This document shows, one piece after another, positions 1-9,698 of a stretch of DNA of 64,000 bases (the stretch's first letter is position 1; each line of letters opens with the position of its first letter). Made by a program: the position numbers and the translations under genes. This DNA is from Legionellales bacterium (GTDB lineage Bacteria; Pseudomonadota; Gammaproteobacteria; Comchoanobacterales; Comchoanobacteraceae): positions 551 to 64,550 of the forward strand of contig JABJPE010000084.1 of the NCBI GenBank assembly GCA_018664045.1, written 5' to 3'. The notes beneath the pieces are model-generated. The model was not told the origin of the DNA and made no database searches. It saw only the letters and a program-made list of their open reading frames with translations.

Positions 1-174
1 CTCACCTCGACAAACAAAGTATTCTTTACATAACAAAGATCTAAACAGTACATGAAGAAAAATCATAACTGCAACATGATAATTTTTAAGGTTTTTTAAC
101 TAAACTATAGCATTTTAAAACCAATCATGGCATAATATTCAGAACAAGTTACAACACAAAAGAGGAGTTTAATT

Positions 175-1470
175 ATGGCCACAACAACCACCGTAGAAAG
201 CACGCAAAAACTAACACAAAACCCTTGGGTTGTTTGCCTTACCTGCGCACTGTTCTTCCTCTATGAATTTATTCAAATGAATATGTTTAATTCAATTAGC
301 CCAGAGATGATAAAAACATTTAAAGTAAATGCCTCTGAACTAGGAAATTTTTCTGCAATGTATTTATATGCCACAACAATCTTTGTGTTTTTTGTTGGAG
401 CCACTCTTGATAGGTTCTCCGTCAGAAAATTAGTACTAGCAGCAATGGCTTCATGCGTTATTTTTACTACTTTATTTGCCATATCAACATCACTAGTGAT
501 GGCTGAAGTATTCCGCTTTCTATCAGGAATAAGTGGAGCATACTGCTTTTTAAGCTGTATTGTACTTGCCTCACGCTGGTTCCCAGCAAAACAGCTTGCA
601 CTAGCTACAGGATTAATTGTAACTATGGCCATGATAGGCGGGACTCTGGCACAAACACCACTTACAATGTTAGTGGCTTCTGTTGGCTGGCGCCACGCTA
701 TTTTACTCGATAGCATTTTAGGTGCTGTATTCCTCCTTGCTATGTATTTTGTTGTATCAGACTACCCAGCTAGCCACGTACACAAAACTAAAACAAAAAC
801 TCAACGTAGCTTTTTAGGAAGTATTTATCATGCAATCAGTGGACCCCAGAACTGGCTGTGCGGCACATACACTAGCCTTATGAATTTAATGATTCTGGTT
901 ATGGGAGCCACCTGGGGTAATGCATATTTAGAGGGAGTGCACCACCTGAGCCGTACAGAAGCATCTATTGCAACTATGATGATATATATTGGAACTATCA
1001 TAGGCTCTCCTGCTGTAGGATGGTATTCAGATAAAATAGGAAAAAGAAGAAGACCAATGATAGAAGGTGCTATAGCAGCGCTATTTTTGTCAATGCTTTT
1101 AATACTCACCCCAAACTTATCCACCACCGCAGTTTCTATTATTTTATTTGCACTAGGGTTCGTAACTAGTACGCAAATAATATCATACCCTGTTATTTTT
1201 GAAAGCAATCCAAAAGATGTAACTGGCTCATGTGAATCACTAGCTAGCTTTGTAATATTAGGTGGTGGCGCCCTATTCCAATACGTTTACGGAGTGCTAC
1301 TCGATAACCATTGGCAGGGGCAAATTATAAATGGAGTACGCTCATACTCATCAGCAGACCATGTGTATGCATTCTACATGATACCGATTGCAATTGTAAT
1401 TAGCCTTGTTCTTGCTCTTTTAATTAAAGAAACCAACTGTGAACCCTACTCAAGTAACAAAAATGACTAA
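175..1470 (+). CDS. MFS transporter (major facilitator superfamily), paralog of 29671..30957
   Basis: 431-aa multi-pass hydrophobic ORF. MFS loop 2-3 signature GATLDRFSVRKL. The C-terminal half aligns by eye with the second copy (GKRRRP / PNLSTT / IKETNC). Confidence 0.85.
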   Translation: MATTTTVESTQKLTQNPWVVCLTCALFFLYEFIQMNMFNSISPEMIKTFKVNASELGNFSAMYLYATTIFVFFVGATLDRFSVRKLVLAAMASCVIFTTLFAISTSLVMAEVFRFLSGISGAYCFLSCIVLASRWFPAKQLALATGLIVTMAMIGGTLAQTPLTMLVASVGWRHAILLDSILGAVFLLAMYFVVSDYPASHVHKTKTKTQRSFLGSIYHAISGPQNWLCGTYTSLMNLMILVMGATWGNAYLEGVHHLSRTEASIATMMIYIGTIIGSPAVGWYSDKIGKRRRPMIEGAIAALFLSMLLILTPNLSTTAVSIILFALGFVTSTQIISYPVIFESNPKDVTGSCESLASFVILGGGALFQYVYGVLLDNHWQGQIINGVRSYSSADHVYAFYMIPIAIVISLVLALLIKETNCEPYSSNKND

Positions 1471-2248
1471 TCTTAGCAAGATAACAGAACTTGGAAAGCC
1501 AACATCATACAGCAACAGTTATGACCCAGGTCTGCTAGTATCGGTACCCAGGGTAAAAACGATAATAAACCAATATGGATATGATATTTGGCGTTGCTGG
1601 GAAATGTCATGGCTAAATATCGACAACAAACCAGAGGTAGCCACTCTTGTTATTAGTTACAACGCTAACTCCCCTGCCATAGTTGAATCTAAATCACTAA
1701 AACTATACCTAGGAAGCTTTAACTTCAATCGTTTTAGCAGCGCAGCTAAAATGCTTAAAACGATACAATGTGACATTAGCTATACTGTAGGAGCAAATGT
1801 AAAAGCAACCATAACTGAACATACATACAGAACACCAACACCAGGAATATGCATAGACTCGCAAATCCAGAACGAAATAGATGATGAGCCTAACCCAAAA
1901 AAACTATCAACTAGTAATAATAATATAACAGAGACCATACACAGCAACCTCTTTCGTAGCTGTTGTCCTGTTACGGCACAACCGGACTGGGCAAGTATTT
2001 TAATTTCGTATACTGGCAATCAAATAAATCACGCAAAACTACTTAGCTACCTTTTATCATACCGCAATCATGCAGCATTCCACGAAAGCTGTATTAGTAA
2101 TATTCACGCAGACATATATCAATATTGCCAGCCACTTACACTAACTGTAACAGGGCTATTTACGCGTCGCGGTGGACTTGATATAAATCCATGCCGTAGC
2201 ACTGACCCAAACGAAGACTGGCAAAACATCTATTTAAATCGCCAATAA
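1463..2248 (+). CDS. queF: NADPH-dependent 7-cyano-7-deazaguanine reductase (two-domain YqcD-type QueF)
   Basis: ESKSLKLYLGSFNFNRF, QPDWASILISY, FHESCISNI and TRRGGLDINPCRS match long-form QueF. The ATG at 1463 overlaps the MFS stop; a GTG at 1439 is an alternative start. Confidence 0.9.
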   Translation: MTNLSKITELGKPTSYSNSYDPGLLVSVPRVKTIINQYGYDIWRCWEMSWLNIDNKPEVATLVISYNANSPAIVESKSLKLYLGSFNFNRFSSAAKMLKTIQCDISYTVGANVKATITEHTYRTPTPGICIDSQIQNEIDDEPNPKKLSTSNNNITETIHSNLFRSCCPVTAQPDWASILISYTGNQINHAKLLSYLLSYRNHAAFHESCISNIHADIYQYCQPLTLTVTGLFTRRGGLDINPCRSTDPNEDWQNIYLNRQ

Positions 2249-2257
2249 AGCTCACAT

Positions 2258-3043
2258 ATGAAAAAAATAAACAACATAGATTTTATAAAAGTAGAAAGCC
2301 TTGGCAATGATTTTATGATCATAGATAATAAAATGCGGATCAATTTAAGCGCCAGTAAGATAAAAAAACTCGCCAATAGACATACAGGCGTCGGTTTTGA
2401 TCAGCTACTAATAATTGACCAAAACAGCCCCCATAGCGACTGTCATTTTAACATATTCAATAGCGATGGCTCAGAAGCCAAGCAGTGCATAAATGGCCTT
2501 CGAGCTATTGCGCACCACCTGTTTAACAAAACAGATAAAGGCATACCCCTTAATATTAGCAATAAATCAGGAATATTTAGCGCCACTTATGATAATGATT
2601 TAATTGAAGTATCAATCCCTACGCAAAAGGCAAAACTCTATACGGATAATACTAATATAAACATCTCTTATGTAGATTTTGGCAATCAACATGCCTTAGT
2701 TAAAGTAGAGAATATAAATACAGCTTTAATTGATAAAATAGTGGGCGCAATAAATAATAAGAATTTTTTCCCAGAGGGATGTAATATTTCAATATATGAA
2801 CAGGCAGCGCCTGGAGAACTTAAAGCCAGAACAATAGAAAAAGGCAGTGGTGAAACATTAGCATGTGGAAGTGCAGCCGTGGCACTAGCTTTTGCCGTAG
2901 CAAATAACGATAAAGCAAACAGTAAACAAGAGCTAAAAATCATACAGCCAGGAGGGACTCAAAGTACAACCTGGCAATGTAATGATTATATAAAAATTAA
3001 AGCCCCAGCATCTATTGTTTTTACTGGGATTTTAACTCTTTAG
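2258..3043 (+). CDS. dapF: diaminopimelate epimerase
   Basis: FIKVESLGNDFMIID, NSDGSEAKQCINGLR and ETLACGSAA (two catalytic Cys regions), with typical length (261 aa). Confidence 0.9.
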   Translation: MKKINNIDFIKVESLGNDFMIIDNKMRINLSASKIKKLANRHTGVGFDQLLIIDQNSPHSDCHFNIFNSDGSEAKQCINGLRAIAHHLFNKTDKGIPLNISNKSGIFSATYDNDLIEVSIPTQKAKLYTDNTNINISYVDFGNQHALVKVENINTALIDKIVGAINNKNFFPEGCNISIYEQAAPGELKARTIEKGSGETLACGSAAVALAFAVANNDKANSKQELKIIQPGGTQSTTWQCNDYIKIKAPASIVFTGILTL

Positions 3044-3249
3044 CTTTCGTCTTTATTGCAGCAGCTAGCGTCACCTGAGCACAAGTATTTAAACAAAGCT
3101 CCAACAGCTAAGATAGGGATCATAACTTCAAAAAACCTTGTTATATTTATTAAATATATAAGTTGCTCTTTCGGTAGTACGCTAACTAAAATGGCAACTA
3201 GCAAAGCTAAACCAATAAAAAAACATTTTAATGTTTGGTGGCAAGACAT
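3040..3249 (-). CDS. small hypothetical membrane protein with Cys-rich C-terminus
   Basis: The internal ATG at 3249 is preceded by GGAG (CCAAAGGAGATGAAATTATG). The 69-aa product has two hydrophobic helices and the tail CSGDASCCNKDES. No family recognised. Confidence 0.4.
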   Translation of the reverse strand: MSCHQTLKCFFIGLALLVAILVSVLPKEQLIYLINITRFFEVMIPILAVGALFKYLCSGDASCCNKDES

Positions 3250-3436
3250 AATTTCATCTCCTTTGGGTTGTATTTCCATCCTGAAAATCAGGTAATTCAA
3301 TAATACTAACGTGCTAACCTCATAGCGTAAAGATAAATATTATATTTTCCTCATGGCAAAAAAACTCAAGCAACATATAAAACTAGATGTAGTAACTTAA
3401 TTAAGATATTATTATATTTTATCTGAACGGAATAAT

Positions 3437-4357
3437 ATGAGAGCTGCATTAGAAATAAAAAATTGCAAAAAAACATATAAAAATGGCACTCCTGCAATCA
3501 ACAACATATCCCTGTCTATAAATGAAGGTGATTTTTTTGCGCTACTCGGCCCAAATGGGGCAGGAAAAACAACTTTAATTGGGATAATTGCATCGTTAAT
3601 AACACCAAATTCAGGAAGCATTAAGATATTTGGTGAAGACTTAAATACCAACCCTTGGTTTGTCAAACAAAAACTTGGGATTATGCCTCAAGAAGTTAAT
3701 TTTAATATTTTTCAGAACTCCATCCAGATTCTAGAAAATAACGCGGGGCTGTATGGCATTAGCGCAAAAGAAGCAAAGCCTGAAATAAGCAAGCTCTTGA
3801 AAAGATTAAACCTATGGGATAAGAGATATAAAACTGTTCGATCTCTCTCAGGAGGATATAAAAGAAGGCTAATGTTAGCGCGCGCACTAGTACACAAACC
3901 AAAATTACTACTACTAGACGAACCAACTGCTGGAGTAGATGTAGAAACTAGATCTGAGACATGGGATTTTATCAAAGAAATAAATGAAAATGGCACCACT
4001 GTCATACTTACAACGCATTACCTAGAAGAAGCAGAGAGCTTATGCAATCAAGTTGCCATAATAAATCAAGGTAAAATGCTCCAAAATTCTAGTATGAATG
4101 AGCTGCTTCAAACTTTAGAATCCGAATCATTTATACTATACCTAGATAAACCTATCGATATAAAACCTGACTTAAAAAATATTGACTCAAAACTGCTATC
4201 AGCAACTGAGTTAGAAATAACCATTGATAAAAATGTAAACATAAGCGAAGCAATTATACTTTTAGCACAACAGAATATTACAATCAGTAGTATAAAAAAC
4301 AAGAGAAACCGGCTAGAAGAATTATTTATAAAATTAACTCAAGATAACAGTAGGTAA
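3437..4357 (+). CDS. ABC transporter ATP-binding protein (ABC-2 / YadG-like exporter type)
   Basis: Walker A GPNGAGKTT, ABC signature LSGGYKRRL, Walker B LLLLDEPTAGVD. Confidence 0.9.
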   Translation: MRAALEIKNCKKTYKNGTPAINNISLSINEGDFFALLGPNGAGKTTLIGIIASLITPNSGSIKIFGEDLNTNPWFVKQKLGIMPQEVNFNIFQNSIQILENNAGLYGISAKEAKPEISKLLKRLNLWDKRYKTVRSLSGGYKRRLMLARALVHKPKLLLLDEPTAGVDVETRSETWDFIKEINENGTTVILTTHYLEEAESLCNQVAIINQGKMLQNSSMNELLQTLESESFILYLDKPIDIKPDLKNIDSKLLSATELEITIDKNVNISEAIILLAQQNITISSIKNKRNRLEELFIKLTQDNSR

Positions 4358-4361
4358 AACA

Positions 4362-5141
4362 ATGCATAGCCACTTTAAAATAAACTCAATCGCATTTATT
4401 TCTATAGTTAGGAAGGAAATAGCCAGATTTATGCGAATATGGCCTCAAACAATGCTTCCATCAGTTATAACTACTAGTCTTTATTTTTTAATATTTGGTG
4501 ATTTTTTAGGCTCAAGGCTAGGCACAATTCACGATATAAAATACATGACATACATAGCTCCTGGATTTATAATAATGGTAATTATTACCAATGCATACAA
4601 CAATGTTGCCTCATCTTTTTTTTCAGAAAGGTTTCAAAGTAGTCACCAGGAGTTTGTTTGGTCACCGATTTCATATCACACTATGATTTGTGGATTCATC
4701 GCTGGCGGCATATTAAGAGGCATATTAACTGGATTCTTAGTTACCATGATTGCATTAATGTATACAAAAATACACATATCTCACCCTATTACAATGATAA
4801 TAATAACCGCGCTCACAGCATCTCTGTTTGCTATCTCTGGGTTTATTAATGCACTTTTTGCGAATAGGTTTGATTCTATAGCCACCATTCCCAACTTCGT
4901 CCTGACCCCACTTATATACTTAGGTGGTGTTTTCTACTCAATTGAGCTATTACCCCCATTATGGCAGAGCATCTCATTGTTTAACCCAATATTATATATA
5001 GTAAATGCATTTCGCTACAGCATGCTAGGGGTGGCTGATGTCCCTGTAGCAACCGCGATGACGGCAATATTCTCAATAAATATAATTTTATATACTACAT
5101 GTTATATGCTGGTTAAAAAAGGTGTGGGGGTTAAAGAATGA
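4362..5141 (+). CDS. ABC-2 type transporter permease (YadH-like)
   Basis: 259-aa protein with about 6 TM segments, immediately downstream of the ABC ATPase. Typical ABC-2 size and hydrophobicity pattern. Confidence 0.8.
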   Translation: MHSHFKINSIAFISIVRKEIARFMRIWPQTMLPSVITTSLYFLIFGDFLGSRLGTIHDIKYMTYIAPGFIIMVIITNAYNNVASSFFSERFQSSHQEFVWSPISYHTMICGFIAGGILRGILTGFLVTMIALMYTKIHISHPITMIIITALTASLFAISGFINALFANRFDSIATIPNFVLTPLIYLGGVFYSIELLPPLWQSISLFNPILYIVNAFRYSMLGVADVPVATAMTAIFSINIILYTTCYMLVKKGVGVKE

Positions 5142-5497
5142 TTAAAAGTAATATTTTTATCGATGAACTTGGTCTAGATACCTTCATTGGTATATATGAG
5201 TGGGAATTAGCCGATAGACAAACTGTTATAGCTGATCTAGAAATAACCGTGGACATAAGCCAAGCAGCAAAAGATGACGATGTAAACTACAGTATTAACT
5301 ATGAAGAACTTGCTAATCATCTTAGAGGCTGGGCTCATGATAACCACTGCAAAACCCTCGAAAATTTTGCATATGATATAATCGCAATTATTAAAGATAT
5401 GCACTCAAGTGCAAAAAAAATAAAATTACGCTTAACTAAGGTAGGAATTGTGCCACACACAAAAGGCTGTGGAGTCAGTGTAGAGGTTGATTTATAA
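5138..5497 (+). CDS. folB: dihydroneopterin aldolase
   Basis: 119 aa. IFIDELGLDTFIGIYEWELADRQTVIADLEI is the classic FolB N-terminus. 4-nt overlap with the upstream permease gene. Confidence 0.85.
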   Translation: MIKSNIFIDELGLDTFIGIYEWELADRQTVIADLEITVDISQAAKDDDVNYSINYEELANHLRGWAHDNHCKTLENFAYDIIAIIKDMHSSAKKIKLRLTKVGIVPHTKGCGVSVEVDL

Positions 5498-5502
5498 AAA
5501 TC

Positions 5503-6615
5503 ATGAATAATCCTGCAAAAAATCACATAAAACAATTAATAAACAACAATGGGCCAATACCATTTTCTGAGTTTATGCATGCAGCACTATATACCCCCAA
5601 TATTGGTTATTACAGCTCATCAACGCCAAAAATTGGAGCTAAAGGTGATTTCATTACTGCACCTGAAATTTCACCTTTATTTGGCAACTGTATTGCAAGA
5701 CAAATAAATGAATATATAGCTGAACATGGTCAAATATCCATTTTAGAGCTTGGCCCTGGCAACGGCACTTTAGCCGCATCTATACTACGCAATGTTAATT
5801 TAGATAGCATTACTACTTATCAATTGCTGGAAGTTAGTGCCTCCTTAAAACAACAACAACAGCAACTTCTACAACATGAACTACAAGAAAACTACCATAA
5901 AATAAAACACATTGATAAACTACCAAAAAACTTCAACGGCATAATCATCGCAAATGAAGTAGCAGATGCAATGCCTGTAAATAGGTTTACAACTGGTCCC
6001 GATTTACTTGAGCAATTTGTAGATATTCAGAATGAAAAGTTTATACCCATAAATATTAAAGCCACAAACTCTGACTTAATCAGCCAAGTTAACAATCTAG
6101 ATGTAAACTTACCTCATGGCTATAGCTCTGAAACAAATCTAGCGATGACAAGCTGGATAAAAGCTCTTAGCGAGGCCCTACAACAAGGCTTGGTTCTACT
6201 TATAGATTACGGCTACCCTCAGCTGGAATATTACCATACAGAAAGAGATGGCGGCACTTTAACATGTTTTTACAAGCAAAAAGCACATGACAACCCCTTT
6301 ATAAATATTGGCGCCCAAGATATCTCTGCCCACGTCGATTTTTCTCTTGTAGCCAAAGCTGCAGTTGCGGCAAATATGACATTGATCGGCTATTGCGAGC
6401 AATCTCATTTTTTAATGAACCTAGGGCTACTTGAACTTGCTCAAAAACAATATGAGACGCAGCCACTTTTAACTGCTAAAGAAATAAAATTACTCACCAT
6501 GCCTAATGAAATGGGCAGCCTCTGTAAGGTGATAGGTTTTGGTAAAAATATACCAGAACAAAGTTTGGCTGGATTTTGCCGATACAATAAAGTAGAGTCA
6601 TTATTTACACCTTAA
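5503..6615 (+). CDS. class I SAM-dependent methyltransferase, COG1565 / NDUFAF7 (MidA)-like
   Basis: GDFITAPEISPLFG motif and ELGPGNGTL SAM-binding loop, at the typical length of about 370 aa. Confidence 0.8.
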   Translation: MNNPAKNHIKQLINNNGPIPFSEFMHAALYTPNIGYYSSSTPKIGAKGDFITAPEISPLFGNCIARQINEYIAEHGQISILELGPGNGTLAASILRNVNLDSITTYQLLEVSASLKQQQQQLLQHELQENYHKIKHIDKLPKNFNGIIIANEVADAMPVNRFTTGPDLLEQFVDIQNEKFIPINIKATNSDLISQVNNLDVNLPHGYSSETNLAMTSWIKALSEALQQGLVLLIDYGYPQLEYYHTERDGGTLTCFYKQKAHDNPFINIGAQDISAHVDFSLVAKAAVAANMTLIGYCEQSHFLMNLGLLELAQKQYETQPLLTAKEIKLLTMPNEMGSLCKVIGFGKNIPEQSLAGFCRYNKVESLFTP

Positions 6616-6627
6616 AGATACACTATT

Positions 6628-7434
6628 ATGGCAACTTATTTTATAGGCGATCTACATGGTTGCTATACTGAGCTAATGGACCTATTAGCACTCATAGATT
6701 TCAATAAAGATAAAGATCAATTATGGTTTAGTGGCGACCTTATAAACAAAGGCCCACTATCATATAAAACCATAAAGTTTATAATGGGTCTAAAAAATGC
6801 GAATTCTGTTTTAGGAAACCATGACCTCCATTTCCTTGCATTATCACAAGGGTTGCTTCCTGAAAATAAGAATCATAATTTAAATGAAATTATCGAACAT
6901 GATGACTGCGACAATATTGTAAATTGGCTGCGCAGTAGACCATTACTTTATTCACAATGCAACAACGTACTCATCCATGCAGGCACTCATCCAACATGGA
7001 CTCTAGCTGATGCAGCAAAGTATGCAAATGAAATAGAAAAATCACTACAAGGCCCTGACTGGGTAGAATTATTAAAGAATATGTATGGCAACTCACCCTC
7101 TAGGTGGGATGCTAATTTACAAGGGTGGCAGAGACTTCGATTATTAATTAATATATTCACTAGAATGCGCTACCTATCATCTGATTTCGCACTTAACTTT
7201 AGTGAAACTGGCGCGCAGCCAACAGATAGAGGTCTAAAACCATGGTATGAATATCATGAAAACATAAGTCATGACTCTAAAATATACTTTGGACACTGGG
7301 CATCACTACAAGGAAAATCAAATAACAAACAATTCATATCTATCGATGGCGGCTGCGTTTGGGGTGGAGAGCTAATTGCAATTAGAATAGAAGACTGCCA
7401 ACAGTTCAAAATAGCAGCGAAAAATAAACTATAA
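6628..7434 (+). CDS. apaH: bis(5'-nucleosyl)-tetraphosphatase, symmetrical
   Basis: Metallophosphatase motifs GDLHGC, GDLINKGP and GNHD, with ApaH length (268 aa). Confidence 0.9.
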   Translation: MATYFIGDLHGCYTELMDLLALIDFNKDKDQLWFSGDLINKGPLSYKTIKFIMGLKNANSVLGNHDLHFLALSQGLLPENKNHNLNEIIEHDDCDNIVNWLRSRPLLYSQCNNVLIHAGTHPTWTLADAAKYANEIEKSLQGPDWVELLKNMYGNSPSRWDANLQGWQRLRLLINIFTRMRYLSSDFALNFSETGAQPTDRGLKPWYEYHENISHDSKIYFGHWASLQGKSNNKQFISIDGGCVWGGELIAIRIEDCQQFKIAAKNKL

Positions 7435-7436
7435 AA

Positions 7437-8942
7437 CTAGCTATTAACAGGGGTATTCTTATTTACGACTGTACTGCCATCTTGTATAACACGGTCGGCT
7501 TGTTTATAATCTCTAGAAACTTTTGCTGGCTCTGGTGCTCTAGTTGACGCAACTTTAATTATCTCGTTATTTAATCCATACTGATAAACAGCCCCTGCAA
7601 TGCAACTTGTAAGTGCAAAAGTACCACCAATACCATATAACATAGTTGCTGTTGGCAAGCTAAATGATAGCATAATTTTTATAAGATAAGCTCCCGCAAA
7701 CTGACCAACACAACTTGTGGCAGCTATTAATGGAATGAAATAACCAAGCTCTTCCTTACTAAAATTACTATTTTGTATAGGCTGATACATATGAGCCATA
7801 GAAGCAGTGCTCCATACTTCAGTCACAATATAAAATAAAGAAAATAACCAACAATGCAATACAGCGCTAAGACCACCAGGCAACATGCTAAAAGAAAAAC
7901 TCATAGCATGTATTATGCTGGCACTAGGATACGCCACAGCAAAAGCAAGAAAAAAAATTGTTGCAACTAACAATAATACTAGAAATGATTTTTCATCAAA
8001 CTTTTTATCACTGTTCTTCAACATATAATTACTAATAAATATAGCAGGGATTATTAAAATTTTAAGAATCGGCAAAGACTCAACGCCTAAATTTTCAACT
8101 ATTATAGAAGTTTTAAAAACAGATAAAAATGTTACTCCCAAAACAAACATTAAGCATATAGATGCCATAACTATAAATTTAGGGTTTTGTATTTTTTCTA
8201 AAAAACCAGGCTCTTTATTATCTTCTTTTTTAACGTTGGCAACATCAGCTTCAGAAACGCTATTAACTGACTTTAACCACAAGACAAAAAGTGGCAATAT
8301 AACAAAAGGAAGGACCCAAAACATACCTGATAAATGTCCATTAGCAGATAAAAATGTTAAAATTAAAATAAATAGAGCCCCTAAAGCTTTCCCAGGACGA
8401 CTACTGAGCATGTTCGTGCTTTTTTGCATCTGAACATCATCTATATCATTCCAAGCCTTAGCATTAAACACATCAGATATAGAATATTTAAATGCTTTTT
8501 GTATAATATCAATAACACCGCCAACGGCACATGAAAGCAGTAATATACTAACTCCTGGAAAACCAATTAAAGAAAAAAATGCGGAGAAGTAACCAGGAAA
8601 AATGACCATTCCTAAAAAAAGCATGCATAAAATAAATAATGAGAAAGGCATTATCAACCCAGCCGTTTTTCTTGAAAAATTATTATTTATATATGGTGCA
8701 ATTACTAAACTAACAATAAAACTAATTACTGCTCCAATAATTAAAATATTACTAGTTGCTGCTGTAAAAGTAGCAGTAGTTACGTACATTAAACAAACTT
8801 GATACTGCCATACAACATCTATCAATGAGGTAATAAAATAATAAGAAAATTCAATAGAAAATAGGCCCCAATGAATAGATGGCAACCATTCTTTAAATGG
8901 TAAACTAGAAGGCGCATAATCTTCTTTGTACATTATTTGCAA
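7437..8942 (-). CDS. orphan multi-pass membrane protein, transporter-like, family not recognised
   Basis: 501 aa with about 11-12 hydrophobic segments split by a central charged loop (VKKEDNKEPGFLEK), and a hydrophilic C-terminal tail. No canonical MFS D-R-x-G-R-K loop seen. Confidence 0.5.
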   Translation of the reverse strand: MQIMYKEDYAPSSLPFKEWLPSIHWGLFSIEFSYYFITSLIDVVWQYQVCLMYVTTATFTAATSNILIIGAVISFIVSLVIAPYINNNFSRKTAGLIMPFSLFILCMLFLGMVIFPGYFSAFFSLIGFPGVSILLLSCAVGGVIDIIQKAFKYSISDVFNAKAWNDIDDVQMQKSTNMLSSRPGKALGALFILILTFLSANGHLSGMFWVLPFVILPLFVLWLKSVNSVSEADVANVKKEDNKEPGFLEKIQNPKFIVMASICLMFVLGVTFLSVFKTSIIVENLGVESLPILKILIIPAIFISNYMLKNSDKKFDEKSFLVLLLVATIFFLAFAVAYPSASIIHAMSFSFSMLPGGLSAVLHCWLFSLFYIVTEVWSTASMAHMYQPIQNSNFSKEELGYFIPLIAATSCVGQFAGAYLIKIMLSFSLPTATMLYGIGGTFALTSCIAGAVYQYGLNNEIIKVASTRAPEPAKVSRDYKQADRVIQDGSTVVNKNTPVNS

Positions 8943-9113
8943 CCAATTTATAAATATAACTTACGATAAAAGGTAACATAAACATTGAAAAATGTCAATC
9001 AATATTAAGGTTTGACACTTATTATTTCGTCAATTAACATTAATAAGCCCAACTCTAATTAGATTAAACAAGCATAAATATTAAGAGTTAATTAAAGGCA
9101 GCTAGAGGAACAT

Positions 9114-9698
9114 ATGAATACTAATAAAAATTTAAAGTTAAAAAACATAAAAATGGTTGTTTTAGATCGAGATGGTGTTATTAACTTTGACTCTAAGGAC
9201 TATATAAAGACCCCCCAAGAGTGGAGAGCGATCCCAGGAAGCCTAAATGCAATAGCTACAATAAAAAAACTAGGAATTAAAATAGCCATAGCAACGAATC
9301 AATCTGGGATTGGGCGTAAATATTTTTCACTTGAAACTTTAAATGAAATTCACACTAAAATGATCATCGAATTAAAAAAACTCGGGGCAGATATTGATGA
9401 AATTAACTTTTGCCCACACCTACCTACTTCAAAGTGTAGCTGTAGAAAACCGGAACCACAACTACTATTAAAAGCGATACAAAAATTCAATATAAAACCT
9501 GAAAACACCATAATGGTTGGTGACTCATATAAAGATATGCTTGCAGCACAAAATGCAAAATGCCATGCAGCTCTAGTAAAAACAGGTAATGGCATAGAAA
9601 CAATGAAAAAATTAAAATCGAGTGATAATATTTTAATCTTTGAAAATTTAGCTGAATTTACAAAAAAACTAGCAAGAGAAGTCAGTCTTAAGAGTTAA
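9114..9698 (+). CDS. gmhB: D-glycero-beta-D-manno-heptose 1,7-bisphosphate 7-phosphatase (HAD, HisB-N family)
   Basis: VVLDRDGVIN (DxDG), ATNQSGIGRKYF, zinc motif CPHLPTSKCSCRKPEP, and GDSYKDMLAA. Confidence 0.85.
   Translation: MNTNKNLKLKNIKMVVLDRDGVINFDSKDYIKTPQEWRAIPGSLNAIATIKKLGIKIAIATNQSGIGRKYFSLETLNEIHTKMIIELKKLGADIDEINFCPHLPTSKCSCRKPEPQLLLKAIQKFNIKPENTIMVGDSYKDMLAAQNAKCHAALVKTGNGIETMKKLKSSDNILIFENLAEFTKKLAREVSLKS

Noticed and set aside
1-53. Possible 5' end of a minus-strand gene leaving the window (ATG complement at 51..53, open to position 1)
   Set aside because: Only 17 codons are visible, with no RBS or recognisable sequence, so a feature cannot be supported.
3056-3295. 79-aa + strand ORF opposite the small Cys-rich membrane ORF
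   Set aside because: It has no RBS, and its basic low-complexity translation mirrors the minus-strand ORF, which does have a GGAG-ATG start and TM helices.
7437-8942. Calling the 501-aa membrane protein an ATP/ADP translocase (TLC/NTT)
   Set aside because: The resemblance is limited to one short stretch recalled from memory, and that stretch is in a different part of the protein. This is not enough for a functional call.
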